From contig OZ296655.1 of the NCBI GenBank assembly GCA_965655095.1, forward strand, positions 18,724,001-18,788,000: 64,000 nucleotides of DNA, written 5' to 3'. A program made the position numbers and the translations under genes. Under the pieces are notes generated by a model. It saw only the letters and a program-made list of their open reading frames with translations. It did not search any database and was not told the origin of the DNA. Positions 27,141 to 38,901 of the stretch are shown here, piece after piece (position 1 is the stretch's first letter; each line of letters starts with the position of its first letter). The stretch is from Haplodiscus bocki (Eukaryota).

Positions 27141-28353
27141 ACATTAAGATCTCTTTCCCCGGACTTGTGCTGCGCTAGCACTAGTTGGTGCTCCACTAGC
27201 GATAGCGAAAACCAATTTAGACGGTAGATAGGGCCCATAAGTAAGCAAACTCAAATGAGCACGGGCAGTTAGGCATTCGGTTTCCTTAAATGTCTCTTCA
27301 AAAACAGTGAGTTCAAACTTTTTACTAGATTTTAACCACAGCATCGAACTGAAAGTCTAATTTAACGTAGTTTCATTTATTCGTCTTTGATTTTAAACAA
27401 TTGTAACCCCAAGACTTTTTCTTTTTCTAACTTTTTCAATTTTTTTCGAGAACTTTGTCCATGCTTCATAATCATACTAACCAATATCTTTGTATGTCCT
27501 AAACCCCAACCGACCGGTTGACTCTCCGCCACGTTATTTCCGGAACAACTTCTAAAGGACACATCTCGATAGCGCATCCGTCTGTTTAAGTGCCTTTTTT
27601 TGCTTTCTCCATGTTGTTTCTCTTACTTCTGTTAGTGCTAGGACACGCCTTCATTCCCCTGCAGTTGGAAAATGTAGCTGCTAGCTGTGCCAGCACACCA
27701 TCGACATCTTCATGGTTTTCCTAGAAAGAAAAGCAAAATTTTCACTGCTTTCACCACCGCCGCTGAATGTTTGACTTTGTCTTTACCTCTTATTTGAAAA
27801 CGTCATCTGCAAGCCAGCCCCCATTAAAGTAACCGTTTTTTGCAAATTGAGAAGTTTGGACTTGTTCAACATCTCCAGGCGTACCCAGAACAAGATTATT
27901 GACTGACACCGTACTATTCATTTCTGTCTTTGAATCTCTTGCAACGCCACGATAGCCAGCACACAACTAACATTCTCAGCCATAAAAATTCTAGCATAAA
28001 ACAGCCTTCGCGCGTCCATCCGAAATCTTTGTTCTGTTTTTGATTCGCTAAAGAGTGGGTGGAAAACTTACACAGTATTGATGCAAAATCTTAGAATTTT
28101 GTACCCCTGGGTGTGGAATAACAGAAGTCTAACGGTGAAACATTTTGAAGTTCGAATCAAACTCTTCATAAAAATTGGGAATCAAGGTATTTTTCTAATT
28201 CTTTCGTCCCCCACGACGTTGTCTGTGGGAACTTTCGTTCTTTTAGCATCACCATTAACCAATCTACCATAGAGCCTACTTGTGATCACCTGCTATCACT
28301 GCCATGTGGTTCAATACAGATTTCCTGTCAAGTATCACCCCTAAAACAACAAA

Positions 28354-30168
28354 ATGCCCTTCTACGACCATCCTGAATTCTTCCTACACCAAAAGTTTGA
28401 AGAAGTTCACTCCCATTATCATTTTTCGGGCCCAACAAACACGTTGAAGTACACTTCAAAACAGTTGACAAGTACTATTGCAAAAACACAATCGGAAATT
28501 TTTTACAAGCGTTGAGCCAAAATTTGAGCGTTCAAGCTTACAATTTTGCTTACATCAACAAAATTGTCTGGAACGGTAATGGAGACCCCATCAAATTTTT
28601 TGCCTATAATTTCCGAGAGTTTCCTTCTCATGATTTTCACCGCGAAATTTTTCCACATACTCCCAATTGGTTACGTCTTTATTCGTGCTTAGCTGATTAC
28701 AGGCATTTGTATAAAGACAAACTTGTAAACGAGCACATGTTTGGAGAGCTAAAAGACCAACTTTCTATTAATCAAACTCAAAATCACAGTAAAAACTACG
28801 CCAGAATGACTGACGTTTACAGTTAAATGGAAACCTTGGCTGACCAATCAGCAGCAGGAAAGGGAAATTGAGCCGCTCCAACTCAGAAAAATGCTTCTTT
28901 TGGATCTCACTAGACCCGATAAGTCAACACTGGAACCTCAATGGGACCACTTTTCTCCACAATTCTTGGACCTGAAGCTAAGCCATTTCCACCCATGGTT
29001 GTTTATCCCGGATCATTTGCCAGCAGCACAGTCACAATTCCTTCCTGCCTCAAGCCTGAATAGCTTACCGGTTCCGGAGACTTCAAGGATTACCTCCAGG
29101 AGTTCAATACTACAGCGAAGCTGTCCAGCTGGTGCTCGTTGAAACGGGATCATCGTTTCTAAAATTGTGCTCTACGATTACTAGAAAACAACCTACTTTT
29201 TTTCACATTTTTGTCCCCCAAACAGCAAAACCTTTACAACCTGCTCGTCGATGTTTTCACGCAGAACTACAAAACTGAAGTCGATACTTTAAAAGCACGA
29301 TTAAAAGCTGCAAAACACCGACCGGGACAAGATATCGCCACGTTCCGACGTAGCATCCCCACTCTAACAGGACGCGCTTGTCGTGCGCACCCTCATCTAA
29401 TTGATGAAAATGTTCACACTGGTTTCATTGAGGGTTTAAAAAACTCCATATTGCGCTGGGAATTGAGAAAAACAAAACCGTCGACGGACGATGAAACCTT
29501 AGCTTGGATATTGAGCTCGACTCATTCCTGGCTTTGGAGCGTCAAAACAAGGCTCCACTTTTTATCCAGTAACCAATATATTTAACCAAGTCGCAGCAAA
29601 CAGTTCTCAGAAAAACACCGTCGACGAACTGCTCCTAACACTACGTGACGAAATCAAAAATTTGAAGTCCCTGAATATTCGGAGAGAAGCTTCTGGTGAT
29701 CGAGACCGTCAACAGTACAGCTCGAACGACCAAAATTGAAACAAGACTGATTCCAGCGATCGAAGACGAAAACGATGCAACTCTAACGGAAGAAATGGAC
29801 TCCAAGAAATTTGTGATAACGGGAAACGTCGTAACTCGAGAAACCGAAATGGTAGCTCAAATTCTCAGTCAGTTTGATTCTAAGAGGACCGCGTTCGTAA
29901 ACAGCAAGACAATCGATCACTGAACAGCGACCAGCGACATTTCCGCAACAGCCCACCACAGAACAACAACGGGACATCGAGGCAGACCAAGAACAATTTA
30001 AGCAACAGAAATTCTACTGTTAGCAACTTCAGAAGCCATAATCAGGAATGTTGGCACTGTATGGGCAAGAACCATGCCTCTAATGAACGTAAGACTTGTT
30101 TCAACTGCCTTCGAGTTGGCCATTTCCGACGAGAGTGCTTAGCCCCAAGAGCCAACAAAAAAAACTGA
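28354..30168 (+). pseudogene. gag: Gypsy Gag with long N-terminal extension, capsid domain and two zinc knuckles
   Basis: LKPE*LTGSGDFKDYLQEFNTTAKLSSW...ALRL...LKARLKAAKHRPGQDIATF...FIEGL...LRWELRKTKP. Knuckles CWHCMGKNHASNER (last C lost) and CFNCLRVGHFRREC at ~30048-30140. Confidence 0.88.
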
Positions 30169-30199
30169 AACTGTCATCGCGAAAGGGCTTTGGCGCAGA

Positions 30200-33100
30200 T
30201 GTGAACGCCTCATGTACATAAAAAGCTGTTGCACTGAATTCAATACTTAAGTCTCGTAGTGTCTTCGTAGAATTGACGACTTTTCACAGAATTGTGGAAG
30301 CAGTGTGCAACTCTGGAGCAAGTGTGTCTTTTCTGAGCCCTGAGATATACAGTGACCTGAAAAAGACTCAATAGTTTGCTCTAGAAACTACCACGCGGCA
30401 TCTGAGAGCTGCCAATGGCCTCTCAATGGCCATGGGAGAATCATAAAAGTCCCTGTTCACCTGGGAAACAAGCTTTTTCACAATGAAATTCGGGTGTCAT
30501 AAAACTCACAAGCGGATTGGTTTTTGGGGTTGGACTTTCTGGAAGGTCAATAGTGTGACCCATTGTTTTCAAGAAGGGAGCTGATATTGGCTCAACCCAA
30601 TCCGTTCACTTTTACCATAAAAATTTGCATTTGATAGCGATGCCGTGTTCCGACTTATTGTCACCGAAACCGTTCAAGTGCCAGCAGGCTATGCAAAACT
30701 TTTTTAAGCTCTTTTTCTAAATTGAAGGTAACCAACTTTCCATCTAAACGGTGGCTTTGAGCCATTCGAAAAAATTTAGGCCATTCAGGACGTCTCAATC
30801 CCAAATATATCAGTTGAATTTTCTCGAGACGCAATCTCCATAGTTTTCAATAACACGACAAGACCCGACATTAATATGTTCAAAAAGATTTATTTGGGTT
30901 CCTCACTAGTTGTAATTGGAGACTGTTTGAACAACAATAGCACAGCGTGAGGCAATGAAAACATCTCATGCAAGCAACAAGCCCACTCCCAGTCAAAAAG
31001 GAAACAAGAAATAACAATTTGCAAACGTTGGTAAACTCAGTTGATTCCGGCATCAAAGCGAAGTACTCCCGACAGTTCACAGATCTAGTTCAAGAATTTG
31101 ATAGCGTCTTCTCGTCCACTGAATGAGTTTTGGGTCATTGCCATGCCACTGCGCATCGCATCGAGATCTAGCCCGGATCAAACCCAGTCAAAATTCCGAA
31201 TAGACTAATGCCTCTCCACTACAAAGACGATATTCAATCAAAAAATGACGTGTTCCTGGAAAAGGACTTGATATCGCCTTGTCATAGCCCTTATAGTTCC
31301 TCCAGCCATGTTAGTGCCAAACAAGAAAGGAAAACTTGACCTCGTCATTGGCTACCACCAACCTAGAAGAAAACAGTCAAATCTAGTCGGCCGATGCCAA
31401 CTATTGAAGAGACCTCTGATAAATTGGAAAGCGGCACGTACTTTTCAACAATAGATATTTCTACTGGATTGTATCAGGTGCCATTGGACAAGGAAATTCA
31501 AGATTACACTGGCTTCAGCACACCCGTCGGCTCCCTTAAGTGGCTTCGAAGGCCAGGGGGCCTCACAGGTAGCCCTAATATCTTCCACAGCCCCATAGAA
31601 CATTTTTTTCAAGTCTCACAAGGAAGACTTGTGTTTGATATCTTAATGACTGTATCAATTTTGTAAAGACCGCGGAAGGGCACATCTCTTGTCTAATCCA
31701 AGTTTTCCAACGTTTTTCCGAGGCAAATCTCAAAATAAGTTCATCAAAAGGTTCATTTTTTCAATGCAAAGTTCAGTTCCTTGGCCGCGTTGTGAGTGAG
31801 AATGGCTTCCAAGTGGATGCCGACAAAATCACAGCTGTTCTTGAATTCCCAGTGCCAAAAAACCAACTTAAATGAAGTCTTTTTTAGGTTTGGCATCCTA
31901 CTACCGACGTTATGTCAAGGTTTTGCTTCCATTGTCCGACCTTTACACAAAGCTAGTGAAACGTCATGCGCCTTTCAGTGGACAGACGAAGCGCACATTG
32001 CGTTCGATTTTTAGAAGACAAGTTTGACTACCACTCCATTTTTGGCATTTCCTTCGCTCCAAAAACCAAGCATCCTACACACAGACGCAATCCATATTGC
32101 TATGGGAGCGGTGTTGGTAGAAGAGCATGATAGTTGCGAACGCATCAACTGCTATTTTCCAAAGGTACTTTCGGAATCTCAAACCAACTCGGCAACACGC
32201 TGTGGAAGTTTGTGATTTGTGACCTTTATGCGACACTTTCGCCACTACTTTGTCAAGCGTCTTTTCACAGTAGTCACAGACTATCGCGCACTGCCATGGC
32301 TGCACAGTTTCGAGGGACCAGATGGCATAACAACGCGTTGGCTGAAAAAGTTAGCTCCTTTCGACTACGCAGTGAAACACCGACCGGGAAAGTTAATTGG
32401 TCATGCAGATGGTCTATTCAATATCCCTCCCGCGATGAATACAGTAGCAGAATTTTTCCCAGAATCTGATCCACAGTTTTGTTCTGGTGTTCACGCTCCA
32501 CGCAACTCACTCGACGTCAGCCATGATACCGATCATAGACACGTTACCTGACGAACAAAGAAACCCAGATCATCTTTCTGTTCCTGCAAAAAATTCTCGA
32601 TAGGACGAAGTAAATTGAAACTAGCGAGAAGTGGTAGAAAACATCTTTGACTCCAAAGATTTAATAGCCCACTGTGTTAGCTGACTTTAAAATGTCAGCC
32701 AGTATTCCCAGACAAATTCGTCGCAACTACTTTTTACCTACCCCATTATTCTTGACTACACTCTCCATCTGGCCCCCGTGGTTATCCGACTCAAAGCGGT
32801 ACATTTACCAACTCACAACCAAGCAAAATTTCTTCATTAAGCACACATTTGGTACCCCGCGGGCCTCTCTGGGGCGTTTGTGCGGCCACGCCAATCAAAA
32901 TGACGTCCAATGAATCAACTTGCCATGCATTGGATCGGGTCTTGATAAACTTGATTGGAGCAAGGTGCGATAATTGACAGATGAGACGTTTCGAACCTCC
33001 CTTGTCCAGATAAAAGTTTTTACGAAACCCGGCGTCAAGTATGACGACAACACTTTTGAATAGCTGAGCGACAGCCACGCCTTGTTGAAAGCACAAGAAG

Positions 33101-34911
33101 CAGACTAGGTTCTGCATCGCCTTCGAAAATTGGTTCGGGAGAGACATCTCCCTAAGAACAACGAAATGCAGGTACTCCAGCGTTTGGGTTGGCAGCCTCA
33201 TAACCGATCACAGGAGTTGTACCTGAAAGAAAACGTTTTGTGCCGAAAATTTGAGTCCCTCGACGGTAGTCAGTCGTACTTCTATGAGATCATACCTCGG
33301 TCCCTAGTTCCTCAAGTTCTGATTTTATTACATAGTTCACCGGCAGCAGGTCACCTGGGCGCGCACAAAGTGAGCAACATAGTTCGCCAGCGTTAATAGT
33401 GGCCTGGATTCTAGGAAGATGTTAAAAAGTTCCATCGATGTTGTGATGTGTGCCAAAAACGATCAAGTCCGCCGAAGACGTTTTGCCATTCTTTAATTGA
33501 CTGGAAAATCAGTTACCTTTTTAATCACATTGATTTGATTTTCAAGGACAGATTCTTAGTTTTAACGGTATTCAGTTTGTCATTTTGATTCGCGATCACT
33601 TCACGAAACGCTGGGAAGTGATACCGTTCCCAGATCAACAGGCACTAACCACTGCAAACGCGCTTTTGGAACACTGGTTTTGAAGACTTGGCTGTCACTA
33701 TAGCATTCACACTGACCAATAGCGAAAATTTGAATCCCAGCTCTTTCAACAGTTGATGAGACTGTTTCGAATTGAAAAATGCACACAACCTTCTTCCATC
33801 CTCAGTCCAATTCAGTCATCGAAGGCTTGAACCGCACGTTCTTGATTATGCCCACCAAGAGCATTGACAAAAAGCAAGCCCAGTGGTCGTACTTTTTACC
33901 TTTCGTCTTGATGACATATCGTTCCTCGGTGCATGAGTCCACCGGTTATACTATCAATTTCCTTGCACTCAGTCATCAGTTCTTCTTTCTTCTCCATGTG
34001 ATGTACCCTTCCCCAGAAACCAACAAGCCAACGGACGTAAACAAACATGTGATGCAAAAGCAAGCTGTTTTCCACACAATTTTCAAGCCTAATTAATGTA
34101 ACACTACCACTCAACAGAAACGTAGATATGCTTTATAAAACAAAAACGTTCAAGGTCCAACATTTCGCGAAGGAGTTTACATCCTGTTTCATTATACCGT
34201 TACAGTAATAGGGGAAAGTCTCAAACTCTTCAATCCCTGGAGAGCTTTTTGCAGGAGGCTGAAATGTATCATAGATGTGAACTACAAAAATGAAGATGTG
34301 AGCACTCAAAAACAATTGAGTGATCCCAATGGTCGGTTGAAGCTTTATCACGGACAACCTCTTAGTCCACCTAGCATACCCGATTGTCAACCTGCCAACA
34401 GCAAAGTCCTCACACGGCCACCTTTGAGGCCCATTAATCTTGATTGTTGTGTTGTAACCTTGCCGCCCCAGTCTTTCTCAGCGTGCCGCGAACACGCCTA
34501 ACACCTTTCCCAACACACCGTTCACCACCATCGAGCCCTGCTGTTTCGGTGACTTCTCCTTTACTTCCGTCAATGACTCCCAGGTCATTCCCCGATTCCT
34601 TCAATGCTTCCACAATCCCGTCAGATTCAGCGTCCCCACCCAATCCTTTCTCTTATAAACCAACTCTAGTTCCGGACTTTGATCAGCAACCGCACTTTCC
34701 CGAGCGTACGCCCTCTTCTCGATCATATGTTGTCCCCTCCCCAGTTGACACCATCATCCAGAAGGCTGCGCGGCAACTTCAAGAGGCTAATCAAATGCTA
34801 CCTCTTCCTCCCGCACATTCTCCACGGCAAAACCTTACCCACCAACGCAAGGCGGAGCCACTCTACAAGGTTCGTCTACCCGGCGATCTCACTAACCTTC
34901 TGTCTTTATAG
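30200..34911 (+). pseudogene. pol: Gypsy Pol: protease, RT, RNase H, macrodomain, integrase, Pro/Ser-rich tail
   Basis: PR VCNSGAS (DSGA-like). RT SPYSS..., MPTIEE..YFSTIDISTGLYQV..TGFSTP, VQFLG, FLGLASYYRRY. RH LHTDA..IAMGAVL, HFRHYF..FTVVTDYRALPWL, HRPGK..GHADGL. INT LHSSPAAGHLG...CDVCQ, HPQSNSVIEGLNRT, YRSSVHESTGYT. Confidence 0.95.
32628..33030 (+). pseudogene. TARG1/OARD1/DarG-type (Poa1p-like) macrodomain within Pol
   Basis: EVVENIFDSKDLIAHCVS/ADFKMSASIPRQIRRNY...RYIYQLTTKQNFFIKHTFGTPRASLGRLCGHANQNDVQ*INLPCIGSGLDKLDWSKVR*LTDETF...IKVF follows the TARG1 pattern AHCIS.D..MGAGIA / RYIYYLITK / SMPRIGCGLDRLQW. Confidence 0.88.
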
Positions 34912-37230
34912 AAATCCAGGAAACCGAAACGCCATTGTTTTTTTGTAACACGCATCAGCATTCTGTCAAAGCCAGTGGTCAGTACCGAGTTATTTCCCGG
35001 TAATCTGCTTCTTCAAGAGCCTTCATTTCGCAAGACGTCTACAGCCCCGTTCTCACTGCTTCTTTCCTACGCCCTGTAATCTCGCAGATGTGCCGTTCGC
35101 CACCCATTGGAGCAATCCTGTGGACAAACGACTGTTTAGGAAAGGTGCCGAGTTTGTTTTTAAGTACCAAGCAGTGATGTCAGAGAGTGAGAGCAGGGTT
35201 CGTGTGTTTTCACCGTTCCTCAAGATTTCCGAGATCAATTTGACCAACGCTTATACAATTCTTCAAACACGAGGCCATACCGACTCAATGACTGGCAGGG
35301 CTACAGTCAAACTGTCGATCAGAGCGCATGGGTAACTTATATGACCAATTTTTTGACCAGCTGGATCAGAAATTTTCCCTGATACAAAAGAAGGTCAAAG
35401 CTGCACACACATCAAAATTGCTCGGTGGAGTTGGCAGCGTCCTTCTTTCTATCTCCCGCTAAACCTAAGCATAGCACTGATCGTAGTGAACGTGCAATGG
35501 GACTAACAGCAGCGGCCAAAAGACTGTTTCTTGGAAATCCACTCAAAAACGCTGCATGTTCAGCAATCTCCATTTTTAATCTTCTCACCGACAGCAAGGA
35601 GCTATAATCAAATACTGACCACGTCATGGGATCTTAGAAACAATTTCAAGTTGTCTTGAAAAAATTGCTGACAAGGAACACTGAGAAAGTTTTACTCTGG
35701 GAAATGAAATTAAACAAACAATGGAAAATGTACAGAAAAAACAACGGAATTAGTTGGCTGTCAATTGAGTTCCTTCAAACAGAGCTCTTTGAAATGAAAT
35801 GCGTAATTGCTGCATTGTCCGTACGCAATGTTGACCTCAGAGAGATTATGATTTTCAAGCAACAGATCTTTGACTAGGTGGATCGTTTGGGAATCCTGTA
35901 TGTACACATCAAAAGCTACCGAGCCGCTTTTTATGTATACAAAATTGCGCCCTTTTTCACAATTTCGTCACTTGCAGCTGGCTTTCCTTCGCAACAGTCA
36001 CTTCAGCCCTCAATTTTTCTTCCCTTCTCAGTTGGCTACCATAGTGAACGATCTCGCCAAAGACAAGATCATGAGAGTCCAAAACCTTTCCATGCGATTC
36101 GTGTCAGCCACGAAGCCATTTAATTTGACGTTAAATTGGTCTTAGAAATCGCCCTTCTCTCTCAAGCTATCTTCGTTGTCCTCGAATTTCTGATGAACTC
36201 CAAGGAGCCCATCAATGTCCATCAAGCAACCCCCATTTACCAACCTAACCAGGCTGGAGATACGGCTTCCTTGTACCAGTTTCCGAAAGTTTTTTTGCTG
36301 CCTCCCCTGACAACTCCCTCCCATTCCGCTGAACTGAGTGCTTCTAGCTTTCATCAAAGCTCAGGAAACGACCGTATTAAATTTTGTCGTCAATGTTTTT
36401 CCACTACGACTGACGAAACACATCTTTGTCTGCCTTCCTTGTATCATAAATATAACATTCTTCGCCCTTCGTCTTTGTAGAATTGGGTCCGTTCTCCTAC
36501 TGGAGGCCCCTCGAGCCTTCTTTTTAGTTGATGGCATGTACCCTAAAATTCAAATGAAATATTATAGTGGTACTGGTTCCCCTGTTTTTACCTTATCTCG
36601 TATAGCTTGCCTCGTCCGAACCAGCTGCCCCAGCACATTCTCGTTCAACCAAGGCGATTGGAAATCGTCCCTGATATCAATTTTTGCAAGACCATTCCGC
36701 AGCCTTTTGGTTGCCTCCACTCGGCTCATACCATCCCCCGAACAGGTATTTAGACATGATCCCGAGGTTACTCACAAATTTCACACGTTTTCTGTTGCTG
36801 AAGCCTGTCAATTCGTCCTCAGTAGTGTCCGATTTGAATGACCTGAATTTTTTAACCTTGGAATCATGGCTAGTGAAACGCTTGCTGACATCACTCGACC
36901 TATTGCACAGAACTACTCATCTATCTCTTCAGCTACATCAGCCGCTCTGTCATCCTACCTCCCAACCGGCACAGGAGTCTGTTTCTTCTCATCTCCATCA
37001 CCCTCTCCATCCTGACGTTTTTCATCAGTTTCACGCTTTTTTGCTGACAATGGCGGCGGTTCTTCGTGCACCCAAACGTTTCTTCAGTCCCACCTCAGGT
37101 CGACATTTGCAAATTGTGGACGGCACTCCTTCCACCGCCAAGGATTTTCTTTTCCATACCTTTCTGTTTGAAATTCCAGGTTTTTCAGGCACTTGCGCAG
37201 GCAGCCCTACAACAAAAACCCTCTGAAACT
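34912..37230 (+). pseudogene. env: Envelope-like class I fusion glycoprotein (F-protein-like), disrupted
   Basis: RSER (RxxR) followed by a hydrophobic Ala/Gly segment AMGLTAAA..LFLGNPLKNAACSAISIFNL, a helical heptad region, a Cys-rich region (IKFCRQCFSTTTDETHLCLPSLY...LRLCRIGSVLL.EAPRAFFLVDGMY...ACLVRTSCPST), and a hydrophobic SILTFFISFTLFC near 37010-37046. It lies between pol and the 3' LTR. Confidence 0.78.
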
Positions 37231-37871
37231 CTCAATGACGCTCTTTCTTCAACGCTCCCCAATGAGAACCCCCTTCTTCTATTAAACTTTCTAACCCTAG
37301 TCCTTTCTTGAATCGTGTGTTCCTTTCTGGTAGTGCTCTTATTTACACTGAAACCTCTAGTTGAAAACGTCACCTTTCTAAACTCCTTCCTCATCAACCC
37401 TTTTCTCTACTTCTTGCCAGCAGCTTTTTTATGCCCTTCCGACGCGTTTTCGCGTTCTCGATGCTCAGCGTTGCCCACCCACTGGTTCCCCTTACCTGCG
37501 TTCCCAGCCGGTTGCCGTGCCATTCATGCAGACGGTTTTCAGCACTTCAACCCACATTTTTCCGTGTTCACCTCAGAGTCCTTATGACGATTTCCCTTCC
37601 TGACATACTTCTCCGTATGAAAATTGCATTACTTGCTCTTTTTTATGTCCTATTTACTATTAATTTGTTGAAGGTATTTTGTCGGTGTGGTCGTTCTTTG
37701 TTTCGAGTCCTCCTTCAGCTTCTTCAAACGTCAGCCTGCGGTTCGCCAGGATGTCCTCACGAGTTCTGGTCGCGTTCACGCTGTTGCCGTAAACGACCAC
37801 GCTTCTTAGTTGAAACCCTCCGATGCCATGTCACTTACATTTCCCCTCAGCCTGACACCGTCTAATCACAG

Positions 37872-38831
37872 AATGTCAACACACCTAATCGACCGTTCAA
37901 GCGTTGCCTTCGCCAAATCGGGTTGTTCCCACCTCCTACTGCAGACTGCCCAGATTCTGTTGACCTGCCCTCCAGCAACTGTTTTTGTCCTGAAACTCTT
38001 CCTCCTTCTGTGTTACCGACGTCGAGGTGATTTCTATGCAGACTGTTGCAGAGGTTATGGACGTGTCTGTCCAGGCGGACATCGACGGAACAACAGCTCA
38101 GAACGCATGGGCTAATCTTACTAAGGACTTTTCGTCAGTTAACCAACTTGACACAGCTTTACAGGAAGCCCATCGGGGAACCGAAGTCTAATATGACTTG
38201 TACGTTGAATCTGACAAAGTCTTAACTGCTGCTCGTGCCTCCATTGAAAAGCTGATCACGGAACTTCGACAGCTGCGCGCTTCCTTGCAAGACCTAAAAA
38301 CTGCTCATATCAGTCTCATTAAAGATTGTCTCGATAAACTTGAGGAGATGAGCTCTCTGCGGACTCGGATGAGCCAGGCAGACAACTTACAGATCAAAGT
38401 GCTGAGCAAAATGCTGCACACAAGTCTTCTACCCCTGCCCACTGACCTGTCTGCTGCTTCCACTCCAGATGATACTCTCTATCATTGTCTCTGTTGTAAT
38501 CCCTCAGCGGACACAGCCACAAAAACCCACCATGCCAACACCTTCATACGCCGCGTGCACCCTGACAAGACCGGTTCCTAGAAAAATCCGCCGGTTGGTG
38601 CTGCGTCCTTCCTCATACCCTTCCTCACCAACATTAAAAAAGTTCTCAGAAAAAAACCTTTCGCGCAGTCTATGACCACTGTAGGTTGACCATTTTGCAG
38701 GAGCTACTCGACGATCCTCTGTGTTGCCTCTTGTGCACGCCTACTTATGCGAACGGGTTTCCAAGTAAGCAGGGACGTTGCGAGTATCCCCATTTTTTAG
38801 GCTCATTTCCAGCTCCTGAATGGCTCCGTTA
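37872..38831 (+). pseudogene. Accessory ORF4: coiled coil plus DnaJ-type J-domain
   Basis: Heptad helix SIEKLITELRQLRASLQDLKTAH...LDKLEEMSSL, then DTLYHCLCCNPSADTATKTHHANTFIRRVHPDKTGS*...FLTNIKKVL. After a frameshift in an A-run it continues FRAVYDHC. Confidence 0.72.
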
Positions 38832-38881
38832 GTTCCCTCCGTCAGCGTTCTTGCCTCATAGGTACCTTTTCAGGTTCCACC

Positions 38882-38901
38882 GGGGGGGGGGGGGGGGGGG
38901 G
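38882..38901 (+). other. Polypurine tract (G20)
   Basis: Run of G immediately 5' of the 3' LTR. Confidence 0.75.

Noticed and set aside
32791-33201. 136 aa minus-strand ORF and similar antisense ORFs (e.g. 57773-58210, 55077-55468)
   Set aside because: Shadows of recognisable genes on the opposite strand.
37230-37870. Overlapping hydrophobic ORFs between env and ORF4
   Set aside because: Pyrimidine-rich low-complexity sequence yields Leu/Phe/Ser-rich frames with no motif support.
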